A DNA stretch of 64,000 nt from Octopus bimaculoides. Lineage: Eukaryota. The position numbers were made by a program, and so were the translations under genes. This document shows, piece after piece, positions 1 through 11,547 of the stretch; position 1 is the stretch's first letter, and each line of letters starts with the position of its first letter. The stretch covers positions 3,086,545-3,150,544 of the forward strand of contig NC_069002.1 of NCBI RefSeq assembly GCF_001194135.2, in the 5' to 3' direction. Under the pieces are notes generated by a model. The model was not told where the DNA came from. It did not search any database and was given only the letters and a program-made list of their open reading frames with translations.

Positions 1-95
1 ATTGCGTAATGCAGGAATCATGTTTAATGTACCGTGCTATTGAAACACATATAGCACGGACTGAACTGCTTTTGTTCATTCATCCTCTTTCATTT

Positions 96-170
<75 letters not shown>

Positions 171-172
<2 letters not shown>

Positions 173-503
173 GCGTGGCTGAGCGCAAAGAAGCTTGCTT
201 CCCTACCACATGGTTCCGTTTTCAGTCCCACTATGTGGCACTTTGGGCAAGTGTTTTCTACTATAGTCTCGGGTCGACCAAAGCGTTGTGAGTGGATTTG
301 GTAGATGGAAACTGAAAGAATCCTGTCGTATATATGTATATATGTATGTTTGTGTGCCTGTGTTTGAACCCTCCACCACCACATCGCTTGACAACTGATG
401 CTGGTGTGTTTACGTCTCCGTACCATAGTGGTTCGGCAAAAAGTGCCCGATAGAATAAGTACTAAGCTTACAAAGAATAAGTCCTGGAGTCGATTGTATA
501 ATT
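171..503 (+). mobile_element. SINE-like family B copy (tRNA-like head, CORE-like 'ctttgggcaagtgttttctac', internal TA/TG tract, 3' module), tail interrupted by a family A copy
   Basis: Colinear with the reverse complement of 31421-31820 and with 7980-8382; B-box-like 'ttttcagtccc'; shared 'catcgcttgacaac...gtttacgtc' block. Confidence 0.85.
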
Positions 504-506
504 CTA

Positions 507-726
507 AGGTGGCGAGCTGGCAGAAACGTTAGCACGCCGGGCGAAATGCTTAGCGATATTTCGTCTGTCTTCACGTCCTGAGTTCAAATTCCGCCGAGGT
601 CGACTTTGCCTTTCATCCTTTCGGGGTCGATAAATTAAGTACCAGTTGCGTACTGGGGTCGATATAATCGACTGGCCCACTTCCACAAAAATTTTGGGCC
701 TTGTGCCTAGAGTAGAAAAGAATATT
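507..726 (+). mobile_element. SINE-like family A, near full length and well preserved
   Basis: 'gagctggcagaaacgttagcacgccgggcgaaatgcttagc...gagttcaaattccgccgaggtcgactttgcctttcatcctttcggggtcgataaattaagtaccag'; A/B-box-like motifs; nearly identical to 37984-38200; more than 10 further copies in the window. Confidence 0.9.
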
Positions 727-985
727 GTATAATGCCGATGTCACCCATATCCTTCTGTGCAGTCGATCACTTACAGAAGCCCAAAACAATGGTGAAAATT
801 ACTTAGCTCACGTGACTTAGATGACCTGCGTAGAACATGAGAACTAATCTGTTTTCCAGAGTAAGCAATCTTAAACACACTCACACACATACAAACACAC
901 ACAAACGCACATAAACACAAACAAACATATAAATGAGAGAAACACACACACACGATGTGTACTGACACACTTATATAATTATAAT

Positions 986-1017
<32 letters not shown>

Positions 1018-1416
1018 AAGTTCATGACACATGAGTACATAAGAATGAAAGCATTAGTAATCTTTGAAAAGTCTTTCATGAAGTTAGATATAACCACCGC
1101 GCATGTTCGCAACATGCCATACTCTCTCTGATCACGAAAAGCCTCTGAAAGTTCTGAGAAGCTTGCATGCGTGTGTGTGAAACTTAAATAATATACCAGC
1201 ATGTCATTAACTGTTTACCTGTAGATGTAAATATCTTCAAAATCTTAATCAGCGCTTCTTTCTGTGAATACAAACATAAGTATGTGCCTGTGTATATATA
1301 TATATATAGGTGCAAGAGTGTATGTGTGGTAAGAAGCATATATGTATATATGTCTATACATACATACATACATACATACATACCCTGTTGTTGGTGTTGA
1401 AATTCCAATGAAGTAG

Positions 1417-1494
1417 CCTTCGATCTAGGTTAGAAACCGGTTCTTTCTCTATTGGCAAGAAATCTTGATATAAACTGAATAATGACATACATTC
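1417..1494 (+). repeat. Dispersed repeat (family D) fragment
   Basis: 'gatctaggttagaaaccggttctttctctattggcaagaaatcttga' matches the reverse complement of 58081-58160. Confidence 0.8.
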
Positions 1495-4326
1495 ATATAT
1501 AGATATAAAATTATTTTATATTCGTGTAAAGTGATAGATAGATAGATACAAAGATTAATAGACAGACATATAGATGCTTAAGCATATATATATGTATGCT
1601 TTTGTGTGTGTGTGTACACAAAGATATACATGTTTGTTTGTGTATGTGTGTGTGTATATACATATATGTATATGGGTGTATGTGCGTGTATGTGTTATCA
1701 AACAGTATGTACATAAGTCTTCTATTAGTGTTAAGTTTTGTATTCATTACATTATAATTACTTTAAATAATGCGTTTCAAAATTCATGACGATAGAATAT
1801 CACACATAGCTGTCTGTTTGCAAGTGTGTGTCGCACACACAGAGTGTTTCTGTGTGTCAGTACATGTATGAGGGTAAGTGTAAAACAAGAAGGGATTTTA
1901 ATTGTAGGAAAATGAAAGTAGCATTCTTTATGGTTGCATTGAAATTAGTTATTTACAGAAAGTTTTAATTGAAAGCAAATGAAGATAGAAACGAAGTTCA
2001 AAGATCATAAATATTTACTGTTACTGAACACGGATGGGAATGCATTTAATAATAGGAAAACTAAACGCGCGCGCGCGCACGCACACACACACGCACACAC
2101 ACACACACACACACATATATATANNNNNNNNNNNNNNNNNNNNNNNNNNNNNNNNNNNNNNNNNNNNNNNNNNNNNNNNNNNNNNNNNNNNNNNNNNNNN
2201 NNNNNNNNNNNNNNNNNNNNNNNNNNNNNNNNNNNNNNNNNNNNNNNNNNNNNNNNNNNNNNNNNNNNNNNNNNNNNNNNNNNNNNNNNNNNNNNNNNNN
2301 NNNNNNNNNNNNNNNNNNNNNNNNNNNNNNNNNNNNNNNNNNNNNNNNNNNNNNNNNNNNNNNNNNNNNNNNNNNNNNNNNNNNNNNNNNNNNNNNNNNN
2401 NNNNNNNNNNNNNNNNNNNNNNNNNNNNNNNNNNNNNNNNNNNNNNNNNNNNNNNNNNNNNNNNNNNNNNNNNNNNNNNNNNNNNNNNNNNNNNNNNNNN
2501 NNNNNNNNNNNNNNNNNNNNNNNNNNNNNNNNNNNNNNNNNNNNNNNNNNNNNNNNNNNNNNNNNNNNNNNNNNNNNNNNNNNNNNNNNNNNNNNNNNNN
2601 NNNNNNNNNNNNNNNNNNNNNNNNNNNNNNNNNNNNNNNNNNNNNNNNNNNNNNNNNNNNNNNNNNNNNNNNNNNNNNNNNNNNNNNNNNNNNNNNNNNN
2701 NNNNNNNNNNNNNNNNNNNNNNNNNNNNNNNNNNNNNNNNNNNNNNNNNNNNNNNNNNNNNNNNNNNNNNNNNNNNNNNNNNNNNNNNNNNNNNNNNNNN
2801 NNNNNNNNNNNNNNNNNNNNNNNNNNNNNNNNNNNNNCAAAAAGGGAATGAAAATACAGCACCCATGGAAATGCAAGTACCTGAACCCTTCCTGAGTTGG
2901 GAATCATTACAATTTCGGTACCCAATACAATATTGTTCCTGACATACGGGCATACGACTTGCTTTGGACATCTTTTAAACTTGACAGAGCCCGTCCCTCA
3001 CCAGGTCTGGCCATTGACCATCTTCCAGAAAGAGAAAGAAAGTCAGTCAGAAAGAAAGAGTTAAAGAAACAGAACATAGCTGGCTCAAATTTAAGGTGGT
3101 GGAGTGGCTTTCTATGTCAGCTCACAACTACGTGGCTATCTAAAACAATTAGCCAATGCATAGTCCATGCTACGAACATATTCTCACTTGCGATTGACGG
3201 ATGGACTGTACGTTTTGTATTTGCCTAAATTATCGTCTGTCTCTTTCCATTACAAATTTGATGGTGTCTTTATTTAACAACACTGTATTACTTTCATACT
3301 CTTTATTTGATATTTCCGTCGCCATTTCCAGGAACAATTGCCTCGTGTTTTCTTAAAGACGATTCTTTCTTCGGATCATAATTTCATTTTCGACTGGATG
3401 TTTTCCAAATAATTCTCTTGTTTATCTTTCCGTTCGGAGATAACTAAAATGGGGCTAATGTTTCAGATAGTTCTTCAAATTGCATGTATTATCTTTTATA
3501 GAATCTATACAGACATGTAATGCAATCATTATTTCTGAACTATCGTAGTGCTGCTCCTGGCAACGCAGCAGGGGAGAGGAGGTGCTGGCTGCCAGTTTTA
3601 AACTATTCATTGATTCGTTTTCTCTTTATCTGCTAAATCGCCTCCAAATAAACCGATCTTACTTTCTTATCAATGGCTCGTTTAATACCATCTGCTGTGG
3701 TTCTGTCTTAATTTTTGCTATAACATCAGCTCATATGAATTATCTCTTTAAATCGGCAACCATAGTGTCATGAGATTTACTTCGGCATTTATTTGCAAAG
3801 AAACTCATTACACTTTACGTTCAACATTCCCTTTGTGAATTCACAACTAAAACTAAGCTCAACCCCCGCAACAGTTACTTCTCATTTGTTATCCAGGCTA
3901 ATATTGTACTGTTTACCAGCTCTTTACAAATAAGCAGCCCTTCGGTAAATAATGTGCAATCCTCCATTGGTTTTTCATTGCAGTGACATCGATTACCTTA
4001 ATTCAAAAGCGAATCAGCATTTAGATTTTAATACTGATTTATCGTTTCAATTAATATAGGAAAGGGATACCCGCCGTTACTCAGGATCATATACACACAT
4101 GCATATAAAAGCAGCATGAATATATGGAATATGATAATGATGACACCATATTTTATAGGTATTTCTCTATTCCCATCAGCCTCTTGCAGCAAATTATTTA
4201 TGACTATATACATCTTCAATGAGTGTATAATATGTTCTGCGTTTGTGTTTTTGCGTGAAGCCCTCTTTATCTTTGTATGTACACTTGCATACGCATTACT
4301 CCACTTCATCCACAACTTAAATCACT

Positions 4327-4362
4327 AACAATCAAATGACACGTCAATTCCTCAACCAATCA
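4327..4362. promoter_or_regulatory. Possible promoter motif cluster (CRE/ATF-like TGACACGTCA next to a CCAATCA box)
   Basis: TGACACGTCA at 4337-4346 and CCAATCA at 4356-4362, in unique CpG-containing sequence. Motif match only. Confidence 0.25.
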
Positions 4363-4765
4363 GTTAACGCTACCCTTCCTTTCGAGGACAAATCAAACTA
4401 CAAACGTACGAGTCGTCATTTTGTAAACCAGTCGAGTCACAGAATCGTATCTTCAGGCCTGGAACCCTTTCAACAAACAAATGCAGCACTGTATTTCGAA
4501 CGCTTCAGATTAGACAACAACTACAAACTCATCAACGGATGTACGAGTTCAAAGAGGAAACTGAGAGTAACTGCCGTCAACTTGTACTTTTTACGGTATA
4601 AAATATTTTTTTTAATTCTGTATTTAGTATTGAATTCTCTTGTTCAACGCGTTGCGAGAGTAAAGCGACGGAAGTATTATCATTTACACACAAAATATAT
4701 ACGTATGTTATATGTATGTGTGGATATATACATATGTATGTATGTGTGTGTGCATGTGTGTAAAC

Positions 4766-4825
<60 letters not shown>

Positions 4826-5599
4826 CATATATATGTTTGTATGTATGTGTATGTATATATATATACATAAGAACATAAGCACACAAACACGCACATATAT
4901 GTGTGAGTGTGTGCTTATGTATATATATATACATATATATTTATATATGGTTCTGAGTTTAACAGACACTCCCTTGTCATTTTCTGGCCATCAGAAACGT
5001 ATTGAACGAGCGACTGTGCCCGTTGAAAACCTATATTTAACAAAACTATTGTTCACCAGATGTATAATATCAAATTAATATAAAAATAAATTAGTGCTGG
5101 GTCGATACAATGGACTATAAGCAAACCGCCACCACTCCCTTGCACGTATGGTTCTGAGGGCGAATAGTAACAACAACGTTATCATTGTTGTGTACGAAAA
5201 TGGCTGTTATACAGTAAATACTGTCTGTGTGTGATATAACTGTTTATAATTAAATTGGGAAATTTCAAAAACTGCGGGAATAAATGCATTTCACTAAAAA
5301 AAAGTGTATCAAAAAAATATAAAACAAAAAATGTAATTACACTATTAAAATTGATGTTGAATAAAATAATAAAAATATAAAATGATAAATATCAAAAAAA
5401 AAATGTAATCAAATAAAAGTGATGTATTTCTCAATGAACATCAATGAGTACAGAAATAAATTATTACCACAAATATAATGAAGAAGAATATATACACGAA
5501 ATTAGCAACGGCAATTTATATTGTAATGGAATAACTGACCGAGATGGAAGTGAGTAATGTTTATGATTTCATTGCAGTTCTTAGAAATGCACGTGAAGT

Positions 5600-5810
5600 G
5601 GTGCATTAGCGAAGTTGTTAAAACGGTTGTTAGGGATAGAATTCCTTTGCAGTATATTTTCAGCGTCTTGGTATTCCGAGTTCAAATTCTGCCGAAGTGA
5701 AATTCTCCTTTTAAGCATCCGATAGCGATAAAAAAAATGTACCAATCAATTTCTGGGCACGATTATTTTGTCCCCTGAAAATTTATTGCCATGTGCCGAG
5801 TTTGCGGAAT
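5600..5810 (+). mobile_element. Family A SINE-like copy, degenerate
   Basis: 'ttccgagttcaaattctgccgaagtgaaattctcctttt...cgataaaaaaaatgtaccaatc' aligns by eye to the family A core. Confidence 0.6.
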
Positions 5811-5932
5811 TGTTAAAGATGACCTTAAGATCAAAGGTTATCTAGCCGTGCCCATCCCATCTTTTTAGTTATAAAAACAAACTAAGACAGAATCTTTCGA
5901 TTAGACTTTCGTTTATAATGAGATATAGGAAA

Positions 5933-5965
5933 GATTTGGCTGCTATTTCTAGTAGACCTAGTGAC
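5933..5965 (+). repeat. Dispersed repeat (family E) motif 'gatttggctgctatttctag'
   Basis: Recurs at 35496-35531 (-), 55891-55920 (+), 56529-56565 (+) and 60500-60540 (-). Confidence 0.6.
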
Positions 5966-6178
5966 TGTTTTGACAACAAGGAATATCACTCCTTCTCACT
6001 CTCCTCCTCTCTTTTTCTCACCCTCCCTCTCTCCTTATCACCTTCTCACCTGTTCTCACTCTCCCCTTTTCAATCTCTCTCTACGATTCACCCTTTCTTT
6101 CTCTCCCTCTCTCCTTCTCACCTTTTCTCGCTCTCTCTCTCTCTCTCTCCTCTTCTCAAACTCTCTCCACTACTCAGC

Positions 6179-6211
<33 letters not shown>

Positions 6212-6987
6212 TTTCTCTTCTTTAGCTACTTCAGAAGACCTGTTGTCATGTTGCACTCGTGAAACAATGGTTTTGTTCCGTTCCATAAACAAGGGAAAGA
6301 CGATTGAACACTCATAAGCTCATAAGTAATGCTTACTAATATAATTGTTAATGGGCATATGTATGTATATATATANNNNNNNNNNNNNNNNNNNNNNNNN
6401 NNNNNNNNNNNNNNNNNNNNNNNNNNNNNNNNNNNNNNNNNNNNNNNNNNNNNNNNNNNNNNNNNNNNNNNNNNNNNNNNNNNNNNNNNNNNNNNNNNNN
6501 NNNNNNNNNNNNNNNNNNNNNNNNNNNNNNNNNNNNNNNNNNNNNNNNNNNNNNNNNNNNNNNNNNNNNNNNNNNNNNNNNNNNNNNNNNNNNNNNNNNN
6601 NNNNNNNNNNNNNNNNNNNNNNNNNNNNNNNNNNNNNNNNNNNNNNNNNNNNNNNNNNNNNNNNNNNNNNNNNNNNNNNNNNNNNNNNNNNNNNNNNNNN
6701 NNNNNNNNNNNNNNNNNNNNNNNNNNNNNNNNNNNNNNNNNNNNNNNNNNNNNNNNNNNNNNNNNNNNNGGGGGGGCAATGAGAGGGGGCCAATGAAGCA
6801 ACCAATTAGGGAGTGGCTATGTGGTTGCTTAATCTGAAAAGGTGCGATTAATTTAGAAATAGCAATCACGAATCTCTCTCAAATTACATTCTGCTTTATT
6901 AACAATAGAACAATGCATTAAACATTGTAGACTAAGAATAGTACGGTCATGTTGTGGTGTTCGTGTTATTACTGTTATTGTTTTCGG

Positions 6988-7150
6988 TAAGGCAGTAGGC
7001 TGGCAGAACCTTTGGCACGCCAAGCAAGATGCTTAGGGACATTTTGTTTTCCCTTACTTTTCGAGTACCAGTTACGCACTAGGGTCGGTCTAATCAATTT
7101 ATCCCCTCCCCCACAATTTCAGGCCTTATGCTCATAGCAGAAACAATTAT
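6988..7150 (+). mobile_element. Family A SINE-like copy with internal deletion
   Basis: Head 'ggctggcagaacctttggcacgccaagcaagatgcttag' joined to tail 'gtaccagttacgcactagggtcgg...aatttcaggccttatgc', then (ATT)n. Confidence 0.75.
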
Positions 7151-7280
7151 TATTATTGTTATTATTCTTATTATTTCTATTTATCACGGAACCCAACAAT
7201 AATTCGCGCTACCTTCACCTTCTTCATTTTCCATAGCCAGGCTATTTCATACTTAAGAGGGTTCATTATTATTATTATTA

Positions 7281-7328
<48 letters not shown>

Positions 7329-7534
7329 TTATTATTGTCGTCGCCGTCGTCGTCGTCTCTATTGTTGTTATGCTCGTTGAGGTCCAGCTCAGGACTATAT
7401 AACAATGAAATTAAGAAATAAAACAACCAGCTTTGAGCATCTCTTCATGTTGACAGTATAATGGTGGTAATTGATTGTACAAACGGAAGATTGTTGAAAT
7501 GGCGGGATTGTACATTGATCATGTATAAGAGTCA

Positions 7535-7610
<76 letters not shown>

Positions 7611-7979
7611 GGGGGGAGGAGAGGGGAGGAGAAAAGGAAAGACAAAATCGAAAAGAAGTATAGGAAAAAAAAACGAAAGGACGAGAAGACAAATAAAACA
7701 AATTAAGAAAGTGATACACAGCAAAATGTAAGGGCACCGGAAGATTGATGGCAAATATCAGGACTTTCTAGACAGTTCCATAATGTTTGCAATCGATATG
7801 TTGATGTTGTCATTGTTGCTGCTGATGCTGCTGATGTTGCTGTTGTTGTTGTTGTTTTTTAATTGGTCCTTAAGGATATAAATCACTTTTCTCTCATGAA
7901 GTGGATGATTCATAAATATGAGGAATTGTTGCGGCTGTTGTTGTTGTTGTTGCTATCGTTACCTAACATTGTGTATGTA

Positions 7980-8165
7980 GACGCAGGCATGACTTCTGCA
8001 GTTAAGAAACTCGCTTTGCAGTCACGGGGTTCCGGTTTCAGTTCCACCACTGCACGGAACCTTGGGCAAGTGTCTTCTATAGACTTGGGTTGACCAATGT
8101 CTTCTGAATGAACTGAGTGAATTTGTTAGACGGGAGCTGAGCGGAAGTCCGTCGAATTTATAACC

Positions 8166-8208
<43 letters not shown>

Positions 8209-8382
8209 TGTATGTGTGTGTATGCTGTGTTTGTGTATGTATATGTGTGCGTCAGAGTTTGACCCACAACCATCGCTTGACAACCGGTGTTGGATTTCCT
8301 ATGTTCTTGTAACATAGCGGTTCGACAGAAGGGGACGGATAAAATAAATACGAAGCTTTGAAAAGAAGTTCTAGGGTAGATT
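7980..8382 (+). mobile_element. Family B SINE-like copy with internal (GT)n
   Basis: 'ccttgggcaagtgtcttctatagac', (GT)n at about 8168-8203, 'catcgcttgacaaccggtgttgg'. Confidence 0.8.
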
Positions 8383-8384
8383 AG

Positions 8385-8404
8385 ATAGATAGATCGATGG
8401 AGGA

Positions 8405-8476
<72 letters not shown>

Positions 8477-8500
8477 GCAGACAGACGGACAGACAGATAG
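8385..8500. repeat. (GATA)n/(GACA)n microsatellite
   Basis: Direct reading. Confidence 0.95.
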
Positions 8501-9148
8501 GATGTTCAACATCCTCCGTATTTTTCTGAACCTTATGTATGACATGTTTTATAACATAGTTTAGGGCCCTGGAACTGTGTTAAGTATGCCTCAAACACAT
8601 AGGCACGCAAGCCATACATACACTCAGCACACAAGCATATACACACACACGAATAGCAGCATGCTCTGTAATTGTTATTCGGCGTAAGAAATGCTATGCA
8701 ACAGAGATATGATATCGAGATATAAAAGGCAAGGAAGAGAAAGAGAGAGAAGGGAGGGGGGGAAGAACTTCGTTATGGTTGCTGAACACGTGAAATGCCG
8801 GAAGGTGGAGCGCGTGTCAACGTCAAACACTTCCTCCGCAGGTTAGCGAAGACTATTTTAATAAATAATGAATGAATCGATGAAACGAATGCAAAGGAGA
8901 TTCTTTTTTTCTTCAATTTTCCTTATATATTCATTAGGGTATAGTTTAAAACATCCAATGGTGCGTAACTGCAAAGCTCACTATGACATCCTTGTTTTAT
9001 ATTTGCCTTGTTTTATATGTCTAGTTTTTTCTTCTGTTTTTTTTTTTTTTTGTTTCTTGCGTGCTTCCTTTTCTTTTTCACTTCCCAAAATCTACCTGAA
9101 TTCATTTTCTTTCAATTGTTTCCTATTGTGTCTTAAACACATATGTGC

Positions 9149-9179
<31 letters not shown>

Positions 9180-9261
9180 TTCGTACATATTTATATATGC
9201 ATACATATTACATAAGCACATACACACGCACACATATATTGCGTATAGCCGCCTTCATTAT

Positions 9262-9315
9262 TGCTCCAGCATGGCTGCAGTCAAATTACTGAAACAGATT
9301 AAAGAATAAAAGAAT
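9262..9315 (+). mobile_element. Family B 3' tail fragment
   Basis: 'tgctccagcatggctgcagtcaaattactgaaacag...aaagaataaaaga' matches the reverse complement of the tail at 31421-31470. Confidence 0.75.
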
Positions 9316-9577
9316 ATATTTATATATATGCAAGGTATGTGTGTATATAAATATCGATTTCTAGCATATATCGATTGACTATACGCACACATCTTATAGA
9401 GAGGAGCGTGAGCGTTGTCAATTAGATAGTTTTTCAATATTTGAATGGTATGGTATTGTATAGGCATCGGGTGGGTGAAATTTATTGTCGACACGAACGA
9501 GAATTGAACCCAAAGCGCGTAAAATGATCAAGCTAAATTTCACAGGCCTTTTGTCCATTGCTCCACTTTTTCTTCAG

Positions 9578-9608
<31 letters not shown>

Positions 9609-9679
9609 NNNNNNNNNNNNNNNNNNNNNNNNNNNNNNNNNNNNNNNNNNNNNNNNNNNNNNNNNNNNNNNNNNNNNNN

Positions 9680-9894
9680 CATTTAAGAAACACACAAAAT
9701 CCGTTAGATTCACTTCAACATTTAAATTTAATTTGCCAAAATATTTTCGTCGCTTTGAGACCGCGACCTGTTCACTGACAAAATTCCGTGCTGCATCATT
9801 GAACAGGTCGCGGATTCAAAGCGACGAAAATATTTTGGCAAATTAAATTTAGATGTTGAAGTGAATCTAACGGTTTTTGTGTGTTTCTTAAATG
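9680..9894. repeat. Long palindrome: ~95 bp inverted arms with 4 mismatches around a short spacer; left arm cut off by a gap
   Basis: 9680-9774 is the reverse complement of 9800-9894. The arms extend to 9778 and 9796 with one further mismatch. Confidence 0.97.
9730..9785 (-). ncRNA. Putative minimal type I hammerhead ribozyme variant (G3/C8 core, extra G after A9, palindromic stem III)
   Basis: Minus strand reads AAUUUUGUCA-GUGAACA-G-GUCGC-GGUCUCAAA-GCGAC-GAA-AAUAUU-U-UGGCAAAUU. Stem I has 7 bp plus 2 after a bulge, stem II is a perfect 5 bp, and AAUAUU is self-complementary. Confidence 0.6.
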
Positions 9895-10407
9895 TCTTAT
9901 AAACACTTTCCACGCTGCAATTGTTTTTGTTTATATACATATAAATATGTACATACATACATACATACATACATACATACATACATACATACATACATGC
10001 ATGCATACATATATATATGTACATATACTACATACATATAGATAGAGATAGATAGATAGATGTTGATGTCTCTGTCATCGCCTCAATAGCAACTGTTATC
10101 AGTGTTTGGTAATGAGCTGTAAACTGAAGCGATAATGATAGCTTGAAACTTTTGCCAAAGCGTAAATCACTATTCTCAATATAGAATCATAACAATTGTC
10201 TGCTTTGTTTAGAGACATATGTCTCATGAAACTATCAATAGAATGACAACGTTTGTCACATGATTGGCAGCTATAACTTCTTTCAATACCAGGTGGCGCT
10301 GAACTACTCTTAGGTTACGTCGATTCCAGTAACTTCGAGAAGCTAAGATGACAACTGTTAGAAAGGCTACAAGCTAACTACTTGAAGAGATTATTTGTAT
10401 GTATAGA

Positions 10408-10635
10408 AATGGCAGCAAGCAGACAGAATCGTTCAAACGTCGGAGGAAAAATACTTTGCAGCATTTATTCCGGCATTTTACTTTCTAAGTTCAAATACCA
10501 CCGAGGCTTACCTTGCCCTTCATCTTTTCGGGGTCACACCAGTTGACGGTTTTAGCGATTTCTTCACTACCCTGAAATTGTTGGCCTTTCAGCCCTTTCC
10601 CTGAAATCACTGGTCTTGTGCCCAAACTTGAAGCT
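10408..10635 (+). mobile_element. Family A SINE-like copy, degenerate (first of a tandem pair)
   Basis: 'agttcaaataccaccgaggcttaccttgcccttcatcttttcggggtc'. Confidence 0.75.
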
Positions 10636-10645
10636 ATGGGGATGA

Positions 10646-10870
10646 AGGCATCGAGCTGGCAGAGTCGTTGGCACGTAGGGCCAAACACTTAGCGGCATTT
10701 CGTCCGGTTTTACGTTCTGATTTCAAATGCCACCGGGGGTCGACTTTGTCTTTCATCGCTTTGTGGGGAGAGGGCGTCAATAAAATAAGTAGTAGTACAG
10801 AGATCGATGAACTCGGCTTTTCCCCCCTCCCCCGAAATTGCTGGCTTTGTACCAAAAATGAAAACCAATA
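10646..10870 (+). mobile_element. Family A SINE-like copy (second of a tandem pair)
   Basis: 'gagctggcagagtcgttggcacg...gtcgactttgtctttcatc'. Confidence 0.8.
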
Positions 10871-11172
10871 TGATGGGGAGCATTTCCCTTAGGTTTTGTT
10901 TCAATTTTGCATATTTAATGCGATTCCTTTCAAAATGCTTCGATATGGACTAGTTGAGATAGAGAAACGAACACCCAATCCAACGAGAAACGTATTTAAA
11001 ATAACCGTAAACAAATATGGGTGTATAAACGCCCTCGTTTATACATTTGTGCAAGTCGGTCGGCAAAAGCTGAACGTTCATATACATATGTATATATATT
11101 ACATGCAATGTGTGTATACACATAGACACACACACACACACAGAAAGAGAGATATACCTAGATATAAATGCG

Positions 11173-11398
<226 letters not shown>

Positions 11399-11448
11399 TA
11401 TGTATATGTAAGGTATACTATTTTTATTAAAGATACAATTAATTAACC

Positions 11449-11547
11449 GGATAATTACTTAATTAAGAATGCACTACGAATGTTATAAATTACATTCTTA
11501 ATTATCCAAAAATACTGTATAGTGCATTATTAATTAATTAATTATCC
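11449..11547. repeat. 28 bp inverted repeat pair (2 mismatches), MITE-like
   Basis: ggataattacttaattaagaatgcacta (11449-11476) versus the reverse complement of tagtgcattattaattaattaattatcc (11520-11547). Confidence 0.8.

Noticed and set aside
507-600. tRNA-like A/B boxes in SINE heads
   Set aside because: They do not fold into complete cloverleafs and continue into repeat bodies, so they are not called as tRNA genes.
775-825. 51 nt minus-strand segment with AG/GTAAGT boundaries (SSKSRELSNFHHCFGL)
   Set aside because: Short, no homology, and equally good splice-like signals occur on the + strand with all frames closed. Consistent with chance.
2838-3030. Minus-strand exon-like segment (WSMARPGEGRALSSLKDVQSK...)
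   Set aside because: Several competing donors, no recognisable protein, and it abuts a gap.
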